From positions 40,052,001-40,116,000 of the forward strand of contig OZ231126.1 in assembly GCA_965153355.1 (NCBI GenBank): 64,000 nt of DNA, written 5' to 3'. Shown here in pieces: positions 50,943 through 64,000 of this stretch (its first letter is position 1; each line of letters opens with the position of its first letter). The translations under genes and the position numbers were made by a program. Source of the stretch: Flaccisagitta enflata. Its lineage: Eukaryota. The notes under the pieces are model-generated. The model was not told where the DNA came from. It made no database searches and saw only the letters and a list, made by a program, of their open reading frames with translations.

Positions 50943-53607
50943 AATCCAGTCGCGGACGGTTGGGCAGGAGCAATAATGCAAAAACCGCTCGCAATTCAAA
51001 AATGTGAATGATCTACCGACCTACCGACCTACCGACCAACCGACCGACACAGCAAGGTGTAGAGTCGCGTGTCCGCGACTAAAAATTGAGGCATAAAAAA
51101 TCTAATAAGCCGTTGTCGCGTAGCCTGCAAATAAGAAAACATCTAACCAATCATAAACAAGGCCGGATACACGGCAATCTAGTCGCGGACAATTGGGCAG
51201 GAGCAGTAATGCGAAAACCGTTCGGAATTCGAAAATGTGACGGACCAATGGACCGACATACCGACCGACCTACCGACCGACACGGCAAGGTGTAGAGTCG
51301 TGTGTCCACGACTAAAAATGAGGCACTGCAAAATTTATAATGCGAAAAAAATCATGATAAATTCACCTATTAAAATCAAGATATAAATGATTTTGATTTT
51401 ATTTCTATTTTTTTAATTTATGTTGCATTTTCTTACACTTTGGCCCATAGTGTATTTTGGTCTCAGACAACCCACTGTGCAGCGTCTACAAGGCTGGTGG
51501 GCGAATCTTGTGTTCATGCAGACATATAAGGACATGGAAGAACAGAATGAGAGTAGGACAGACCGACGGACACAACAAGGTGTAGAGTCGCGTGTAAGCA
51601 ACTTAAAACAAAAAAAGCGCTTTTGACTTAAGGAGACGAATGATTGGGTTGTTATCTGTTAAATGAAAACATAAGGCACTTTTCCGCAATTCTTTGAAAC
51701 GTGACGCGCATCACTATCACTAGAAGACTTAAAGGAGAGAGAATAAATGCCCATCACTCCAAAGACCCCAGACAAACGTGATCAAAGCAATCTAAGTTTC
51801 ATTTTTTTTGTAAGAGACCAGTTTATGAAAGACATGAGCCTGAGATTCAATTTTGAAACTTTTTTAAGAAAATATTTCAAGAATCTTATCAAATTGCAGG
51901 ACAATTATTCAAATTTTTCAGAAAAATTGATAGTTTTTAAAAAAAAAGCCCTCGAAGAATGTTTTCTTTAATGGTTTTGCCTGTCAAATTAAGCAAGATA
52001 TTCAATGTTCTATAAAAATGATTTGAGCCTGGAGCCTGGGATTTGAGCCTGGAGCCTGGGATTTGAGCCTGGAGCCTGGGATTTGAGCCTGGAGCCTGGG
52101 ATTTGAGCCTGGAGCCTGGGATTTGAGCCTTGAGCCTGGGATTTGAGCCTCAAGCCTGGGATTTGAGCCTTGAAGCTGGGGGGGTATGCTGGAGGAGAAG
52201 GAGAAATTTCCCCCTGTGTGAAAGCATAGGTCATCGGCCCCTTTTGGGCCGCTGCCCAAAAAGGGGACCGACCGACCAACCAACCAACCAACCAACTGAC
52301 CAACCGACTGACCAACTGACTGACCGACCAACCGACATAGCGGGTTGTAGAGTCGCGTAGCATGCGACTAAAACAAAAGATGATAATGGAAAAGCGTTAC
52401 ATGGTCAGCGGTACCCGATGCCCCTAAGTCAGTGTATGTGGGAATCAGATTATGAGAGGGGCAGCGGCCCCGGAGGGGCCAATGACCTTAACCTATGATT
52501 CCACATAGGACAATTTTCTCCGGTTTGAGAAGCTGAGGGCTGAGAGGCCTGATTTTGGATCTGAAAGGTCTGATTTAGGGTTTGGAGTTTAACAGGCTTG
52601 ATTTGGGGTCTAAAAGGCCTGATTTGGGTCTGAGGATTGATATGGGTCTGAGAGGCCTAATATGGGGTCTGAGAAGTCTGATCTTGGGTTTGGGAGGCCT
52701 GATTTGGGGGCTAAGAGGCCTGATTTTAGGCTGAGAGGCCTGATTTAGGGTCCGGGAGGCCTGATTCGGGGTCTGAGAGGCCTGATTTGGGGTTTAAAAG
52801 TCTGATTTGGGGTCTGAAATGCCTGATTTAGGGTCTGACAGGCCTTATTTGAGGGGGGGGACGTACGGAAAATGGAAACTAGAGAAAATTGCCCTATGTA
52901 GAATCATGGGTCATCGGCCCCTCCCTCCCAAAAAGGGCACAAAACGTAGAATATGCATCTTCATGATTCTTAAATCAGAGACAAGATTCAATCAATAAAT
53001 AATGAAATAAATGAATCTTGTGGTTATACTTTTTAGCAAGATAGGAAAATCCATTCTTGGTGACAACTTGAGCGTGACGGACCAATGGACCAACGGACCA
53101 ATGGACCCACGGACCAATGGACGGACAAAGCCTCTCATTTGGAAGTCAAAGAGACGAAGTCCCTTCGGTCTCTTTGAGTCCTGCAGAGTTATTTGGATTT
53201 TCCTTTTTCTCATGAGGCGTTTGAGAAAGTTGGTAAGCTTTTGGGGCTAAATGATACTACGCATGAAATTACTAGCTAAGAAAGAGCTAAATCTCCTCTT
53301 TCAGATGACGCCAAGCAAAATTCTGTGCAATCGATAGTTTAGGAGCTATGATTTTTTAAATCTTTTTAGTCACGTGCACGCGACTCTACAACCCGCTCCG
53401 TCGCACAGTGGTTTGTTACCAGGACAAACCAACATGTGCATAACTTGTCTCGTAATGTCGTATGGTACCATTTTCATAGTTTTCTTAAAACGTTAGCCAA
53501 CGTTAGCTACTTACGAGTCTCACAGTTACAAAAATGGCGTCTTTGAATGAATATCTAAAAGTCTACTGTGGGGATTGCTCGCGAAATTCTTACATTTGAT
53601 TTTATAA

Positions 53608-53850
53608 ATGGAAAAAGATGATTCTGCATTATGCAAATTAAGCGACTTCCTCGAAAGAAAAAAGACAGCGAACAGAAACCTAAACATCCTTTTCTTGACT
53701 CGAGTCAATCGGTGCTTATGTTTGTTGTCACGTAACCTTGGTTACGCCATTCAGAAAATCGTTTTAGTGCTGGTTTGTGCGTTATGTGTAGTAGGGCTAT
53801 GACAGTATTCATTATGCGACGTTACAACTGTACCTCCCATAGAAGTTTTA
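53608..53850 (+). CDS. Candidate first exon (cytoplasmic tail plus TM anchor) of the fucosyltransferase-like gene; contains an in-frame TGA at 53800
   Basis: MEKDDS...QKIVLVLVCALCVVGL looks like a type II anchor. Phase-0 donors are possible at 53791 (GTAGGG) or 53851 (GTTAGT). Weak support. Confidence 0.3.
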
Positions 53851-53884
53851 GTTAGTTTCAATTATAAACAGGCCTGGCAAATTC

Positions 53885-54235
53885 AAAAACATAAACATTC
53901 GATATTAAAACATAAACATTCGATATAAAAACATAAACATTCGATATTAAAACATAAACATTCGATATTAAAACATAAACATTCGATATTTAAACATAAA
54001 CATTCGATATCAAAACATAAACATTCGATATTAAAACATAAATATTCGATATTAAAACATAAACATTCGATATCAAAACATAAACATTCGATATTTAAAC
54101 ATAAACATTCGATATTAAAACATAAACATTCGATATTAAAGATAAACATTCGATATTAAAACATAAACATTCGATAATAAAAAATAAACATTCGATATTA
54201 AAAAATAAACATTCGATATTAAGACATAAACATTC

Positions 54236-54237
<2 letters not shown>
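53885..54237. repeat. 21-bp minisatellite (~17 copies)
   Basis: Unit AAAACATAAACATTCGATATT followed by (CA)n. A decayed relative lies at ~55860-55955. Confidence 0.95.
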
Positions 54238-54331
<94 letters not shown>

Positions 54332-54416
54332 CGCGCGCACGCACGTCGATACGGTAACCAGTGCAGTGTTTACAAAATAATGCAGATACACGTTATAAAG
54401 AGCCGAGTCTCTGTAG

Positions 54417-54430
54417 ACACCACCACCATC

Positions 54431-54512
<82 letters not shown>

Positions 54513-54558
54513 GCAACAACAACAGCAACAACAACAACAGTCAGTTCAACTATCGTTG
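54417..54558 (+). CDS. Candidate Thr-rich stem exon of the fucosyltransferase-like gene
   Basis: CTGTAG|ACA... to ...GTTG|GTAACA; reads TPPPS(T)n...VSSTIV. The phase-1 end is compatible with the exon at 60600. Confidence 0.4.
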
Positions 54559-55217
54559 GTAACACCCATATTCTTTTAGGGGGGATTTCAAATTTTTGGT
54601 CCATTTTTTTGCATCTTTGGAACGACGAATAGACAACACATAAAGACCCACGAAACTAGTTCCCCACCCAATTTCACGGGCCTAATAGGTCGCGACGACC
54701 AAAAACGCGTTTGTTCCCAAAGGACGCGTTTTCAGTGTGAATACATATTCAGGAATTTCAGCCATAACACCTGGGAGTGAGGGAAGAGAGTGAGCGAACC
54801 CGTAAATGGAGCAAAGTGCAAAGTGGACTGCAGCGGAGCGAGTGAGGAGTGAGCGGAGCAAGCGATCGAGGGCCTGTTTCTAGTCATGACAAGAGCCACT
54901 CGGTCGCTCGCTACGTTCGTTTGCTCGCACCGCTCACTCTGCTCACTCACTCTGCAGCGCTACGCTCGCTTCGCTCGCTCGCTCCGTTCACGGGCTCGCT
55001 CACATATACAAATACTACTTCTTTCTTAACTCGATTTCTTTGTCAAAAAAGAAAAAATAATGAAATCTTTTTGGTCCAAATTATGTTTTCGTTCGACGGA
55101 AATCTTGTTAAGTTTTATTTGATCAGAAGTTTTGATAAAATGCTCAGAGTTAATCATTGATCAATCGATCGATCGGTCTCGGAGAATCCTTGATCTCATG
55201 TCATGGCTGATTTCGCG

Positions 55218-55249
<32 letters not shown>

Positions 55250-55262
55250 ATTGTTGTTGTGG

Positions 55263-55296
<34 letters not shown>

Positions 55297-55391
55297 GGTT
55301 GTTGTTGTGGTTGTTGTTGTTGTGGTTGTTGTTGTTGTGGTTGTTGTTGTTGTGGTTGTTGTTGTGGTTGTTGTTGTGGTTGTTGTTGTTG

Positions 55392-55434
<43 letters not shown>

Positions 55435-55952
55435 CATTGCCCTACTCGATGATGGCCGCGCAATCAGCTAACATGGCAATTTGGGTTGTCAAAGACAAAG
55501 GATTCTGTATCATGGATCGATCGAGGGGGGATTTAAACCCATATTAAAAATTTGCACAATTTTTACAATTTAGATACAATGCTTGTGGAAACTTGAAAGT
55601 GAGGGTTAACGCTAGACAAGTGTTTTCATTTTTGTCATTATTTTCACTATTACTGTAACAATCAATGATCTGTAAGATTTGCTGCCAAAATGATTTCTCA
55701 TCGGCCCTCCTTTCTCCAATGACAAATACCGATGAATACCGCTGATGACCGCGGCCACAGGATCAGCTGACGGCGAGTCAGTTTGTCGTGTTCAACGGAT
55801 TCTGCAGCAAAGTGGCGCCATGAGTTCCATTCAATATCAAGGATAAAAATTCCTTATGAAAACATGAACATGCGGTATCCAGACATAAACATGCGATAAC
55901 AAAACAGAAACACGCAATAACAAAACAAAAACATGAAATATAAAAAAAACAT

Positions 55953-56040
<88 letters not shown>

Positions 56041-56251
56041 TCAGTGTGAATGCATAGTCAGGAATTTCAGCCATCCCACGAAAGATTGAACATAGTGAGT
56101 GAAAGAGCCCAAGGATGGATCGAGCTAGCATAGCGAAGTGGAGTGCAGCGGAGTGAGTGAGCGCAGTGAGCGGTGTGAACAAACGAACGTAGCAAGCAAA
56201 CGAGTGGCTCATTAAAATCGCGATTGTCATGAGTAGAGACAGGCCCATGAT

Positions 56252-56302
<51 letters not shown>

Positions 56303-56348
56303 ATTCGATATTAAAACAATTGTCATCTAATTTTTTATGCTTTAGTAA

Positions 56349-57125
56349 TCAGGAAAAAAGTGGAAGTCAGTCTTTGACTTTTTGACATATCTGAGAGAAA
56401 TATGGTTTTCATTTTCTTATTAAGAAGTTGTGAATCTCATTTGGCTGAATGAGCCCTCCAATTAAATTGATAGGGTAAGTAAATTTGATAATTCTCTTTC
56501 ATTTGGCACCAAGTAGAATGCTCAAACAGATGTTATTCGAGTTATGAATTTTTCAATCTTTTTTTTTTTTTTAAATTCAAATAAAATTTTATTCAATTTA
56601 TTACAATGTTATGTAGGATCAATAAAGAAGTATATTGATGTTTATTTGAGCATGCAAATACAAAAAAACATGTTCCTGAGTGTAGCTGTTCATCGTTGAG
56701 GGTGGTTTTGAGTCTGCTAGCTCATTTAGCTTATTTAGCTCAATTTTTTTCTGATTTTAATTTGGAAAAATGAATAGATGTTTTGATACTTTTTTGAGCA
56801 TGCAAATATAAGAAAGCATAGCAGTGAGCATAACTGCTCATCTGTGAGGTAAATGTTTTGATACCTGTCTGAGCATGCAAATACAAGAATATGTCAGTGA
56901 GCATAACTGGTCATCTGGGTGAGTGATTTTGAGTATTTTAGCTCATCGAGCTCATTTGGCTCAATCCTATTTTTCTCTGATTTTTCAGTGCATTAAATAC
57001 ATACAATTGCTCATGATTCAATCTAACAAACTAAAGAATTTGCAGTGACTGAAGATAAAAGCATTCTGAAAAATGACCAATGCTTATGACGTTTTTCCTC
57101 ATAGCGATAGCTGTCATTGCTGATA
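56349..57125 (+). mobile_element. Second copy of the 44371-45210 family
   Basis: Shared TTGATAGGGTAAGTAAATTTGATAATTCTCTTTCATTTGGC and downstream repeats. Confidence 0.65.
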
Positions 57126-57398
57126 TTTGCATATTATCGATATCACCGGCAACACCGTTTTTAGGGTTACAAACTGATCTTTTACCATTCTCCAAATATC
57201 TATTCCATCTAAATTCTACCTTGCTATGTAACCTATTAAAAAAAGAAGAAGTTTGAGGAAGGGCTGATGTATAAACAGAGCGTCAGAATTAAAGCACACG
57301 TGACATCAGTTCAATTGCAAATAATCTATGATAAAGAAAACAAAATTTGGTGGAGGGTGGGATGGCGGCAAAGGGCAGGAAGACTGCAACTTGGTGGT

Positions 57399-59838
57399 GG
57401 AATAGGGTGTCTGGGTGGTGATAGGTGGTTTGGGTCGGTAAGTGCTGCTGGGTGGTGATTTCAGCCCAGTGTGATAGGGGAATAGGGTGTCTGGGTGGTG
57501 ATAGGTGGTTTGGGTCGGTAAGTGCTGCTGGGTGGTGATTTCAGCCCAGTGTGATAGGGGAATAGGGTGTCTGGGTGGTGATAGGTGGTTTGGGTCGGTA
57601 AGTGCTGCTGGGTGGTGATTTCAGCCCAGTGTGATAGGGGAATAGGGTGTCTGGGTGGTGATAGGTGGTTTGGGTCGGTAAGTGCTGCTGGGTGGTGATT
57701 TCAGCCCAGTGTGATAGGGGAATAGGGTGTCTGGGTGGTGATAGGTGGTTTGGGTCGGTAAGTGCTGCTGGGTGGTGATTTCAGCCCAGTGTGATAGGGG
57801 AATAGGGTGTCTGGGTGGTGATAGGTGGTTTGGGTCGGTAAGTGCTGCTGGGTGGTGATTTCAGCCCAGTGTGATAGGGGAATAGGGTGTCTGGGTGGTG
57901 ATAGGTGGTTTGGGTCGGCGTGTCTGGGTGGGTGGTGATCTTCCGATCTGTGATAGGGGAATAGGGTGTCTGGGTGGTGATAGGTGGTTTGGGTCGGTAA
58001 GTGCTGCTGGGTGGTGATTTCAGCCCAGTGTGATAGGGGAATAGGGTGTCTGGGTGGTGATAGGTGGTTTGGGTCGGTAAGTGCTGCTGGGTGGTGATTT
58101 CAGCCCAGTGTGATAGGGGAATAGGGTGTCTGGGTGGTGATAGGTGGTTTGGGTCGGTAAGTGCTGCTGGGTGGTGATTTCAGCCCAGTGATAGGGGGAA
58201 TAGGGGTGGCGGTGGTTACAGGTGGCGGTGGTTACAGGTGGCGGTGGTTACAGGTGGCGGCGGTTGCAGGTGGCGGAGGTTACAGATGGTGGTGGTGGCG
58301 GGGGCGGAGGCAGTGAGAAGTGGCGGCGGTTACAGGTGGCGGCAGTGGTGTTGACGGCGGCGGTGTCGGGTAGTTGCGGTGACTGGTGGCGGCAGTGATT
58401 CTGATGGCGATGAATGGTGGCGGTGCTCAAAGTGGGTAGTAGTGAGAGGTGGCGGCCATGACAAGGGGTAATGGTTAGAGGTGGCAGCAGTGGTGTTGAC
58501 GGCAGTGGTGTGAGCCGGTGTCAGGTGGTGGCGGTTACAGGTGGCGGCATATAGCATATAGGGGAATAGGGTGTCTGGGTGGCGATTGGTGGTTATGGCC
58601 GGTAAGTCCTGCTGGGTGGTGATTTCAGCTCAATGTGATAGGGGAATAGGCTGTCTGGGCGGTAATCTGTGGTTATGGCCAGTTAGCCCGACTGGGTGGT
58701 GATTTCAGACCAGTTTGATAGGGGAAAAGGCTGTCTGGGCAGTAATCTGTGGTTATGGCTAGTTAGTCCTACTGGGTGGTGATTTCAGCCCAGTGCATAG
58801 GGGAATAAGGAGTCGGGGTGGTGATTGGTGGTAATGGCCGGTTAGTACTGCTGGGTGGTGATTTCAGCCCAGTGTGCGACAGTGGTGGTGGTGGTGGCGA
58901 TGAGAGCTTGGTGATAGGTGGTTTGGGTCGGTAAGTGCTGCTGGGTGGTGATTTCAGCCCAGTGTGATAGGGGAATAGGGTGTCTGGGTGGTGATAGGTG
59001 GTTTGGGTCGGTAAGTGCTGCTGGGTGGTGATTTCAGCCCAGTGTAGGGGGAAGAAGTTCGGGTGGTGATAGGTGGTTTGCCTAAGTGCTGCTGGGTGGT
59101 GATTTCAGCCCATGTGATAGGGAATAGGGTGTCTGGGTGGTGATAGGTGGTTTAATGGTGGGTGCGGCTGGGTGGTGATTTCAGCTCAGTGTGATAGGGG
59201 GAATAGGGTGTCTGGGTGGTGATAGGGTGGTTTGGGTCGGTAAGTGCTGCTGGGTGGTGATTTCAGCCCAGTGTGATAGGGGAATAGGGTGTCTGGGTGG
59301 TGATAGGTGGTTTGGGTCGGTAAGTGCTGCTGGGTGGTGATTTCAGCCCAGTGTGATAGGGGAATAGGTGTCTAAGTGGTGATATAGGTGGTTTGTCGAG
59401 TAAGGCTGCTGGGTGGTGATTTCAGCCCAGCGTGATAGGGGAATAGGGTGTCTGGGTGGTGATTGGTGGTTTAAGTCGGTAAGTGCTGCTGGGTGGTGAT
59501 TTCCCAGCCCAGTGATAGGGGGAAGAGGGTGTCTGGGTGGTGATAGGTGGTTTGGGTCGGTAAGTGCTGCTGGGTGGTGATTTCAGCCCAGTGTGATAGG
59601 GGAATAGGGTGTCTGGGTGGTGATAGGTGGTTTGGGTCTGTGGTGCTGCCCCACGGTTGGTGATTTCAGCCCAGTGTGATAGGGGAATAGGGTGTCTGGG
59701 TGGTGATAGGTGGTTTGGGTCGGTAAGTGCTGCTGGGTGGTGATTTCAGCCCAGTGTGATAGGGGAATAGGGTGTCTGGGTGGTGATAGGTGGTTTGGGT
59801 CGGTAAGTGCTGCTGGGTGGTGATTTCAGCCCAGTGTG
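57399..59838. repeat. G-rich 80-bp satellite array
   Basis: Unit GGGGAATAGGGTGTCTGGGTGGTGATAGGTGGTTTGGGTCGGTAAGTGCTGCTGGGTGGTGATTTCAGCCCAGTGTGATA (57481, 57561, 57641...). Interrupted at ~58200-58560 by GGTGGCGGTGGTTACA repeats; runs into a HINE-like (GTCG)n core. Confidence 0.95.
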
Positions 59839-60489
59839 CGTCGGTCGGTCTGTCCGTCGGTCCGTCGGTCGGTAACACTTAGCTTTTTTGTGTCATTTAT
59901 GGTCATTTTGGGTTGTCTGGAGTCATTTTGAGTCATTTTTTGTTGCTTTAGGTCATTTTTGATTGTTTTAAATAATTTTAGGTCATTTTTGATCATTTTT
60001 GATCATTTTTGATCACATCTCGCTTTTTCAGTCGTACGTTTTTAGCTGAATTTAGCTTCATTTCTGAGGTCAGATCCTTTTCTCTTCTAGCTTGTATTTT
60101 GGAACAGGAATGTGGAAAATATCTTGGCATTAATTTGCGCAAATATTTTAGTTACCAAAAATAGGCAACATTTAGGAAGTTTTGAGTTTCATTTCACCAT
60201 GCAAATGTTTGAAAAAAAAACGTCAAATGGAGAAGTATGGCAATTCTCAAGTGGTTCGGAGTAAGCTTTTACAAGCTCATCAATAAGAAGGTTTTTTTCT
60301 TTCATCATCTGACTGACTGAAAGAGGTTCAAAAAGCAAATACAGAGAAAAAAGGATCGTAATATCTGACCAAAAGACGAATTACAGAATTACAAATGACT
60401 ACTACTGCTTCATGAGTCATGACCGATTACGATTTTAAATTTGTTTTAATCCTCCACGTCTCATCCCATTTATATCTTCCGCTCAGCAG

Positions 60490-60543
60490 ATAACAGTGTT
60501 GCTTATCAGCCTATCAAATTCAAGAGTCAATATGACGACAAAT
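60490..60543 (+). pseudogene. Diverged partial duplicate of the fucosyltransferase exon 5' end
   Basis: CTCAGCAG|ATAACAGT... encodes DNSVAYQPIKFKSQYDDK versus DNSVSYQPVKFKNPYEGK in the full exon. No convincing donor; reading on ends at TAG 60597-60599. Confidence 0.7.
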
Positions 60544-60599
60544 TTTTTCTTACAATATGCAACATTATAACCTGTCTATTTGTATCTTTTCCTCTTTAG

Positions 60600-60760
60600 A
60601 TAATAGCGTGTCTTATCAGCCAGTGAAATTCAAGAATCCATACGAGGGCAAACAATTGATTCATCTTCATTCGGCTGTCGAATGGAATTTGCCACTCGGC
60701 AAAGATGTCTTCGTCAAGGAAGGATGTCAAGTAGATGCCTGCGTTCTTGTAGATGATCAG
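60600..60760 (+). CDS. Exon of an alpha-1,3-fucosyltransferase (GT10, FucTA-like) gene, N-terminal part of the catalytic domain
   Basis: Acceptor TCTTTTCCTCTTTAG, donor CAG|GTAAAT. WNLPLGKDVFVKEGCQVDACVL resembles the WxxxxGxxxFxxxxCPVxxCxL motif I recall from arthropod core alpha-1,3-FucT. Confidence 0.8.
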
Positions 60761-60787
60761 GTAAATCATCATCATCATCATCATTAG

Positions 60788-60821
<34 letters not shown>

Positions 60822-60846
60822 GTCATCGTCATCATCATCGTCATCG

Positions 60847-60957
<111 letters not shown>

Positions 60958-60972
60958 ACAACATCATCATCA

Positions 60973-61007
<35 letters not shown>

Positions 61008-61134
61008 ATCAACAACTTGAACGCATGAAAGCAGGAGTATTTGGTGTCGGAATCAATTTTGTGAGGAGAATGAAATTTTTGTGCCATCGGTTTCCCATTG
61101 GAAGGCAGGCGCTAAAAACAGCTGCGCGCCCTAT

Positions 61135-61190
<56 letters not shown>

Positions 61191-61223
61191 AGAGCGTTAA
61201 GGGAGAATGATGAGAAGGGGAAA

Positions 61224-61304
<81 letters not shown>

Positions 61305-61306
<2 letters not shown>

Positions 61307-64000
61307 ACACAGTGCCCGGATCCCACCACCACCAAAAATACACTCGCTCACCCCCTCATCACCCCCTATCACCACCAATTCACTCTACACAGTGCCCCGG
61401 ATCCCACCACCACGAAAATTAAGTACCCATCACCCCCTATCACCCCCTATCACCACCAATTCACCTACACAGTGCTCCGGATCCCACCACCACCAAAAAT
61501 AAGTACCCGTCACCCCCCTATCACCCCCCTATCACCACCAATTCACCTACACAGTGCTCCTGATCCCACCACCACCAAAAATAAGTACCCATCACCCTCC
61601 TACCACCACCTAATCACCACCACTTCATTTACACAGTGCTCCGGATCCCACCACCACCAAAAAGGCACCACACCCTCTATCACCACCACACCACCACCAA
61701 TTCACCCACATGCTCCGATCCCACCACCACCAAAAAATAAGTACCCGAGCCACCCCCTATCACCCCCTATCACCACCAATTCACCTACACAGTGCTCCGG
61801 ATCCCACCACCACCAAAAAATAAGTAAATTCACACCCCCTCTATCACCACCAATTCACCACAACACCACCTACACAGTGCTCCGGATCCCACCACCAATA
61901 AAAATAAGTACCCGTCACCCCCTATCACCCCCTATCACCACCACCCACCTACACAGTGCTCCCGGATCCCACCACCACAAAAATAAGTACCCGCTCACCC
62001 CCTTATCACTCCCTATCACTACCAATTCACCTACACAGTGCCTCGGATCCCACCACCACAAAAATAAGCAATTCACACCCCCATCACCCCCCTATCACCA
62101 CTCAATTCACCTACACAGTGCCCGGATCCCACCACCACAAAAAAATAAGCACCACCCCTATCACCCCCCTATCACAACTCTCAATTCATCCTACACAGTG
62201 CTCCGGATCCCACCACCACAAAAAATAAGTACCCACCACCCCTATCACCCCCTATCACTCACCAATTCACTCTACACAGTGCCCGGATCCCACCATCACG
62301 AAAAATAAGTACCCGTCACCCCCTATCACCCCCCCCATCACCACCCATTCACCTACACAGTGCTCCGGATCCCACCACCACAAAAAATAAGTACCCGTCA
62401 CCCCCTATCACCCCTATCACCACCAATTCACTTCCACACAGTGCTCCTTGATCCCACCACCACAAAGGTCAGCACCGTCACCCCCCTATCACCCCCCTAT
62501 CACTACCAATTCACCTACACAGTGCCCGGATCCCACCACCACAAAAAATAAGTACCCGTCACCCCTATCACCCCCCGTAAGATGATCGATATCTGGGAAT
62601 CCTTAAACTATACCACAGTGCTCCTGATCCCACCACCACAAAAATAAGTACCCGTCACCCCCTATCACCCCCTATCACCACCAATTCACCCACACAGTGC
62701 CCCGGCTGATCCCACCACCACAAAAAAAAGGTACCCGTCACCTCTATCACCCCCTATCACCACCAATTCACCTACACAGTGCTCCGGATCCCACCACCAC
62801 AAAAAATAAGTGCCCGGGCTACCCCCTATCACCCCCGCACGGCTCACTCAATTCACCTCCACAGTGCCCGGATCCCACCACTACAAAAAATAAGTACCCG
62901 CCACCCCCCCTATCACCTCTCTATCACTGACTAATTCACCTACACAGTGCTCCCGGATCCCACCACCACAAAAATAAGTAACCTCACACCCCCCTATCAC
63001 CCCCCTATCACCACCAATTCACTCACAGTGCTCCGGATCCCACCACCACAAAATAACATAAATACTAACTTTTGCAAATCTGCCTCTGTCAAAACGCCCT
63101 GCCCCCTCTCACCCCACAGTGCTCCGGATCCCACCACCACAAAAATAAGTACCCGTCACCCCCTATCACCCCCCTATCACCACTAATTTCCACACAGTGC
63201 TCCGGATCCCACCACCACAAAAATAAGTACCCGTCACCCCCTCTCAACCCCCTTATCACCACCAATTCAATTTCCACACAGTGCGTCCGGACCCACCACC
63301 ACAAAATAAGCACCACACCCCTATCACCTCTCTCTATCACCACCAATTCACCTACACAGTGCCTCCGATCCCACCACCACAAAAAAAAAGTACCCGTCAC
63401 CCTCTATCACCCCCAAATCACCACCCATACACTCACACAGTGCTCCTGATCCCACCACCACAAAAATAAGTACCCGTCACCCCTATCACCCTCTCCCTAT
63501 CACCACTCAATTCACCCACAGTGCTCCGGATCCCACCACCACAAAAATAAGTACCCGTCACTCTCTATCACCCCCCTATCACCACCAATTCACCTACACA
63601 GTGCCCGGATCCCACCACCACAAAAAATAAGTACCGCTACCCCCTATCACCCCCTATCACCACCACACCCACACAGTGCTCCGGATCCCACCACCACAAA
63701 AATAAGTACCCGGCCACCCCCTATCACCCCCCTATCACCACCAATTCACCTACACAGTGCCCGGATCCCACCACCACAAAAATAAGTACCCGTCACCCCC
63801 TATCACTCCCCCTACACCACGCAATTCCGATCTACAGTGCTCCGGATCCCACCACCACAAAAATAAAAATGTGACTTTTGTACCGACCGACACGGCAAGG
63901 TGTAGCCCACACAGTGCTCCTTGATCCCACCACCACAAAAATAGAGCTTCTCTTTGCAAGGCTATACCCCCTAATCCCTCTGAGATACACACCCACAGTG
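61305..64000. repeat. C-rich ~80-bp satellite array, running off the window end
   Basis: Unit CACAGTGCTCCGGATCCCACCACCACAAAAATAAGTACCCGTCACCCCCTATCACCCCCTATCACCACCAATTCACCTA. Many small indels, possibly consensus errors. Confidence 0.95.

Noticed and set aside
61472-63992. Pro/His/Thr-rich ORFs resembling extensins or mucins
   Set aside because: Products of the C-rich satellite, with frequent frame-breaking indels.

Overview
Repeat-dense eukaryotic (invertebrate-like) genomic DNA with one 10-N assembly gap. It is rich in microsatellites, Helentron-associated (HINE/DINE-1-like) elements, Tc1/mariner and hAT MITEs and minisatellites, so most short ORFs in the track are repeat artefacts. The centrepiece (~15.1-31.5 kb) is a divergent Ty3/gypsy-type retroelement. 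Removing two insertions with exact 5-bp TSDs restores one continuous frame of ~2,930 codons, interrupted by one TAA (~3,400 codons if joined to the upstream ORF by a -1 shift). It has an unusually long N-terminal extension with a captured-looking zinc finger, then Gag (2x CCHC), PR, RT, RNase H and IN, and it ends in a PPT followed by a 140-bp palindrome rather than a recognisable LTR. The first insertion is a 574-bp CAC...GTG Transib-like element. The second is a very young 5.4-kb minus-strand LTR element with apparently identical 519-bp LTRs, an orphan ~860-aa ORF without pol, and a non-tRNA PBS complementary to its own LTR (candidate Tf1-like self-priming). Host exons: a probably non-catalytic carboxylesterase-family exon (minus strand, 48.7-49.0 kb) and an alpha-1,3-fucosyltransferase (GT10)-like gene (plus strand, ~53.6-60.8 kb) whose best exon lies between two oppositely oriented ~80-bp satellites. 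All calls are by eye; no searches were run.
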